Source: Thermodesulfobacteriota bacterium (GTDB lineage: Bacteria; Desulfobacterota; Desulfobacteria; Desulfobacterales; C00003060). Taken from it: DNA of 31,406 bases. Location of the stretch: assembly GCA_034189385.1 (NCBI GenBank), contig JAXHVD010000031.1, positions 1 to 31,406 of the forward strand. The letters run 5' to 3'. Shown piece by piece: positions 28,392-31,406 of the stretch (positions within the stretch are counted from its first letter, which is position 1; each line of letters opens with the position of its first letter). Below the pieces are notes generated by a model. The model was not told where the DNA came from. It did not search any database and saw nothing but the letters and a program-made list of their open reading frames with translations. The translations under genes were made by a program, and so were the position numbers.

Positions 28392-28484
28392 ATGCCTCCT
28401 GTTCCTATCCCGGGGGCGATCTGGCTCCTCGGCTCTGGAATGATCGGGGTTGCAGGTCTCAGGAGAAGAGCCTTGGGGGGCTAG
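28392..28484 (+). other. Stand-alone VPLPA/PEP-CTERM-like sorting-signal mini-ORF (30 aa) or gene remnant
   Basis: Manual translation MPPVPIPGAIWLLGSGMIGVAGLRRRALGG: VPxP motif, TM helix, basic tail. An in-frame stop lies upstream at 28362. Confidence 0.75.
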
Positions 28485-28487
28485 CGC

Positions 28488-28604
28488 ATGATCATTGTCA
28501 AAATCCTATACGCCATTGCCTGTGCCTTCGCCTTTTTTCTCTTCTGTGGGGTGATTGCGCTGTTTCAAGATCTGGTCAAGAATAGAGCCAAGAAACAACC
28601 ATAA
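28488..28604 (+). CDS. Putative single-TM small protein (38 aa)
   Basis: MIIVKILYAIACAFAFFLFCGVIALFQDLVKNRAKKQP; tightly packed between the flanking ORFs. Confidence 0.5.
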   Translation: MIIVKILYAIACAFAFFLFCGVIALFQDLVKNRAKKQP

Positions 28605-28617
28605 CCAAGAGGTTGCC

Positions 28618-29769
28618 ATGAGCCTCATACCAAGACCCCTGATTAGGACAATTACCTACCTCCTTATGACGTTCGTAATCTCAGGATGCGCTACGCCACC
28701 CCCCTATAGAGAACACCTCCGGAAATCCTTTTGTGCACCAGGATTTGAACCTGAGAGGATTTATGTGGAAAAAATTAGTCAAAGACTTGACGAAGCAATG
28801 CTGAGCGATGATGCGGTAGAGGATTATTGGGACAAGTTAATTCTGCTTCCACTGGAACCTTTCATCGAATTTGACGATGTATGGATGGATTTTTTGGATA
28901 AGAAAGCAATGGAGTATTCCAACGTCTTGGTTCCAACATGTGAAAGAATAATAAGAGACAGCTTTGCCAAAATTGGTGCTATGCCACGAGAAGAGGCTTA
29001 TTCTCTCATAAGGACGGAATTCATATTGGTTTGCATGAGTAACATTGACTATGAGGAAGTACGCATTTCAGCATTCAGTGAAATGAATGAAGCTATTAAA
29101 CGTTTCTTTGAGCCAATTGCGAGAAAAGCTGTTTCCGAAGCTGAACGGAATCAAGAAGCGTTGTCGGGAGCTTTGAAAGAAAGCCAGTCTTTATGGCAAT
29201 ACCACACAATTCTATACAACTACTCTCAAAAAGAAGAAGGCAAGTTGCGACTCAGAATAGAACTCGATGAGAAATATACTCCAATATTGTTACAACAACA
29301 GCGAAGGTGGGAAGACAGTGTTACAGATGAACAGCGGCAACAATTCGCAGGACAACAGGTGAGCCTCCAAGCTAGTCCCAGCCCCGAATATTCTGTTAAG
29401 CAGTTTTTGATGAGGCTCACCCCTGCTCAATATGCTTTACTAGAACGGCAACTCTACCACTGGCAATTGTTACAGCAAGAAAGACACATCTTTAGTAAGA
29501 GGCAAAAGAAATATGAAGATTTGGTAAAATGGCTTGATGAAAACAGAACTCAGTCGGAAGCCTCTTACAATCGTGAAATGGAATATAACCGACTTCAGGC
29601 TGCGAGAATGCAAACAGCAGCTATGATGCTAATAGGAATTTCTTCAATGGTCAACGCTTATGCCAACTGGCAAAATACTTACTATAATTCATATGCCGTT
29701 GTGGGCGGACACAAAAACTTTCAACTCTACGACCAGTTTGGACGGTACTATTATGGCACTATACGTTAG
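28618..29769 (+). CDS. Hypothetical lipoprotein, helical/coiled-coil rich
   Basis: GAGG RBS before the ATG at 28618; lipobox ISGC; Gln/Glu-rich helical C-terminal half. Confidence 0.75.
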   Translation: MSLIPRPLIRTITYLLMTFVISGCATPPPYREHLRKSFCAPGFEPERIYVEKISQRLDEAMLSDDAVEDYWDKLILLPLEPFIEFDDVWMDFLDKKAMEYSNVLVPTCERIIRDSFAKIGAMPREEAYSLIRTEFILVCMSNIDYEEVRISAFSEMNEAIKRFFEPIARKAVSEAERNQEALSGALKESQSLWQYHTILYNYSQKEEGKLRLRIELDEKYTPILLQQQRRWEDSVTDEQRQQFAGQQVSLQASPSPEYSVKQFLMRLTPAQYALLERQLYHWQLLQQERHIFSKRQKKYEDLVKWLDENRTQSEASYNREMEYNRLQAARMQTAAMMLIGISSMVNAYANWQNTYYNSYAVVGGHKNFQLYDQFGRYYYGTIR

Positions 29770-30094
29770 GCCCTGAGCGACAATTAGGCCAGCTAGACCA
29801 AAGCTGATGTCTCGTTCACATGCAAGACCACCATTTTCCGGTTAGGTTTGCTATCCCTGAACCGAGGTCGCTCTACCATCCAACGTTCAGGGACGCCAAT
29901 CGTGCCTACCGTAGTGCGAGGTGCGATGGGGGCGGGGTAGGTTATCAAACAGCTGGGGTCGGCAGTTGAAAAAAGGAGATTGCTGTATAATTAGAATAAT
30001 GCCGAGAATTATTATACCGGAAAAATGAAATATAACACCCCTGTGGCTGTGTCATGTGGCTAAAAGGCCGTATTGTTCCGATTATCCTGCAAGA

Positions 30095-30142
30095 AAGGCG
30101 TATTATAAGACGGCTTACAGGCAGACTAGATCAAAATTAGGC
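30095..30142 (+). other. attI-like integron recombination site (degenerate core A|TTAGGC)
   Basis: TTAGGC (30137-30142) is the exact complement of the downstream attC R'' GCCTAA, as expected at a cassette 5' end. No attC hairpin precedes it. Confidence 0.45.
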
Positions 30143-30178
30143 GGTCAACAATAGTCTTTAGGAAGGACGAATGAAACG

Positions 30179-30613
30179 ATGAGCGCTGAATTGCCGCGTG
30201 CAGACGCACCTTCAGCGGAGGAATTGGATCGACTCCATACAAGCGTGATCGATGTATGGAAGGTCTACATGACATGGTTCACGTTCTTCTTCACTGCTAA
30301 CCTCATAGTGATGAGTTGGGTGTTAACGGAAACGGAAAATATATCGAAGTCTGGTGCAGTCTGGTTGGTTGCTGTCTTTTGGATCTTCGTGAATCTAACA
30401 GGTACCATTACTTCCATTGGATTGGCCATTTACAGCTACCAGAGTGTGTCAAGGATGGAAATAATGCTTCAGAAACTTGCAGCCAAAGGTGGTATCTTCG
30501 ATCTTAAGTCACCATTCCCAAAGACGCTAAGTGTCCTTGGGGCTTTATTCAATAGTGCCGCATTGTTGGGTAACATCGTTGTGTGGTCCTACATCTGGGG
30601 CAAATTTGGATAG
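30179..30613 (+). CDS. Hypothetical 3-TM membrane protein (gene cassette)
   Basis: Three hydrophobic helices; bounded by TTAGGC upstream and an attC site downstream. Confidence 0.75.
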   Translation: MSAELPRADAPSAEELDRLHTSVIDVWKVYMTWFTFFFTANLIVMSWVLTETENISKSGAVWLVAVFWIFVNLTGTITSIGLAIYSYQSVSRMEIMLQKLAAKGGIFDLKSPFPKTLSVLGALFNSAALLGNIVVWSYIWGKFG

Positions 30614-30626
30614 TGAGTCGAGCAAT

Positions 30627-30692
30627 GCCTAACACGCGCCTGCAGATGTCGGTCCGCTTTGCGTCCCGCAGGTGAGGTGCAGACCGTTTTGG
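30627..30692 (+). other. attC integron cassette recombination site
   Basis: R'' GCCTAAC 13 nt after the stop codon, 5-nt spacer, L'' CCTGCAG, central region, L'-like GGTGAGG, and R' GTTTTGG 13 nt before the next ATG; 66 bp in total. Confidence 0.7.
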
Positions 30693-30705
30693 CAGGACCA
30701 CAAAA

Positions 30706-31335
30706 ATGAACTTACTTGAATTTAAAAAGAGAATAAGTGCTAACAAAACAACGGCAAAAAACTGGCCGGAGATTATCAGGTTCAGAGAGAAACTTGAAGA
30801 CTCTAAAGAAAATATCATATGGATATATAGAGGGCAAAGTAGTAATAAAGGACTAAAGACGTCACTTGAACGAACAATCAAAGATTACAAATTAGGAAAA
30901 GAAGATCCATTCGATATTGAATTTGTCCTAACTGATCGATTCAGAAGAAATCTAACTACTGTTGATCCAACTGTATCCAAAGATTTAAGTCCGGTAGAGC
31001 TTTTTGCTCTCATGCAACATTATGGTGCGCCTACAAGACTTGTTGATTTTACTTATTCATTTTATATTGCACTTTTTTTTGCTCTTGAAAACTTCCAAGG
31101 TAATTCTCCAACAATCTGGTGTATAGATGGATTATGGTTTCAGGAGCAGACTATTAATCATCTTGGCATTACTGAAAAAGAGTTTATGCCTGGTAAATGT
31201 GGGAAAGACTTTAAAAAGTATTTCATGAAAGTTAATGGAAAGAGTGTTAAACGGGCAGTGTATCAATTGACTCCTTATCAACTCAGGCGATGGACCCAAT
31301 TAGTTGGACAGCCTGAGAGGCAGAATAAGCTCTGA
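30706..31335 (+). pseudogene. FRG-domain protein, C-terminally interrupted by an IS3-family element
   Basis: WIYRGQ, MQHYGAPTRLVDFT, ALFFA motifs. AT-rich coding sequence switches to IS sequence near 31286. Confidence 0.85.
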
Positions 31336-31406
31336 GCCGCCAGCGTTAGAGAACCAGGCCTCAGGCAGCCTCCTTGAACGGATGAGGAAGGGCGAAGTAG
31401 ACCTCA
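31286..31406 (-). mobile_element. IS3-family insertion sequence, right end (continues beyond window)
   Basis: The minus strand encodes ...EVYFALPHPFKEAA* (stop at 31361-31363), resembling IS3 OrfB C-termini, followed by an IR-like TGTCCAACTAATTGGGTCCATCGCC. Confidence 0.72.

Larger units (their letters stand above)
25351..31406. mobile_element. Integrative element / genomic island at tRNA-Leu (right boundary outside window)
   Basis: The integrase gene ends 8 nt from the tRNA 3' end, followed by a phage-like regulatory module and accessory cargo. No second copy of the tRNA 3' end was found in the window. Confidence 0.8.

Noticed and set aside
28351..28394. -1 frameshift fusing the LYPS lipoprotein to the sorting signal at GGGAAAAAG
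   Set aside because: The shifted frame hits TAA at 28362 before reaching the sorting signal.
29765..29771. GTTAGGC at the end of the large lipoprotein gene as an integron core site
   Set aside because: It overlaps the coding end, with no upstream R''/L boxes or hairpin.
683..30881. Numerous antisense or overlapping ORFs in the track (e.g. 5183-5683, 7361-7948, 15956-16879, 26967-27572)
   Set aside because: Shadow frames of better-supported genes, without motifs or RBSs.
1..31406. CRISPR array or rRNA
   Set aside because: No regularly spaced repeat-spacer series and no rRNA-like sequence seen; the 26707-26771 repeat has only two copies 5 bp apart.

Overview
A 31.4-kb accessory-rich bacterial window, probably from Desulfobacterota/Deltaproteobacteria (inferred from gene content and repeat families). 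Both ends lie inside insertion sequences. At the left, an IS630-family element interrupts a secreted RHS/YD-repeat gene. At the right, an IS3-family element interrupts an FRG-domain gene. From left to right it holds: the RHS pseudogene; a HAD hydrolase; a NodI/NodJ-like ABC-2 exporter; a spermidine-synthase-like methyltransferase; an RHH/RelE toxin-antitoxin pair; an IS4-family element; two copies of a composite MITE-like repeat (10.6 and 21.9 kb); an EamA transporter; and an orphan Cys-repeat peptide resembling SbtA/selenobiotic RiPP precursors. Next comes a ~10-kb mosaic of tailoring-type enzymes (two sulfotransferases, an ATP-grasp-like protein, a YbaK-like protein, a beta-propeller, two radical SAM enzymes, a bicupin and a GT4). 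After tRNA-Leu(UAA), an integrated element runs to the right edge. That element carries a tyrosine integrase, an unannotated c4-like antisense RNA with its upstream target, a divergent RHH regulator, a (LYPSxx)n lipoprotein, a free-standing VPLPA/PEP-CTERM-like sorting-signal mini-ORF, and an integrase-less integron-like cassette array (attI-like site, membrane-protein cassette, attC, FRG cassette). All calls come from reading the sequence by eye; no searches were run.
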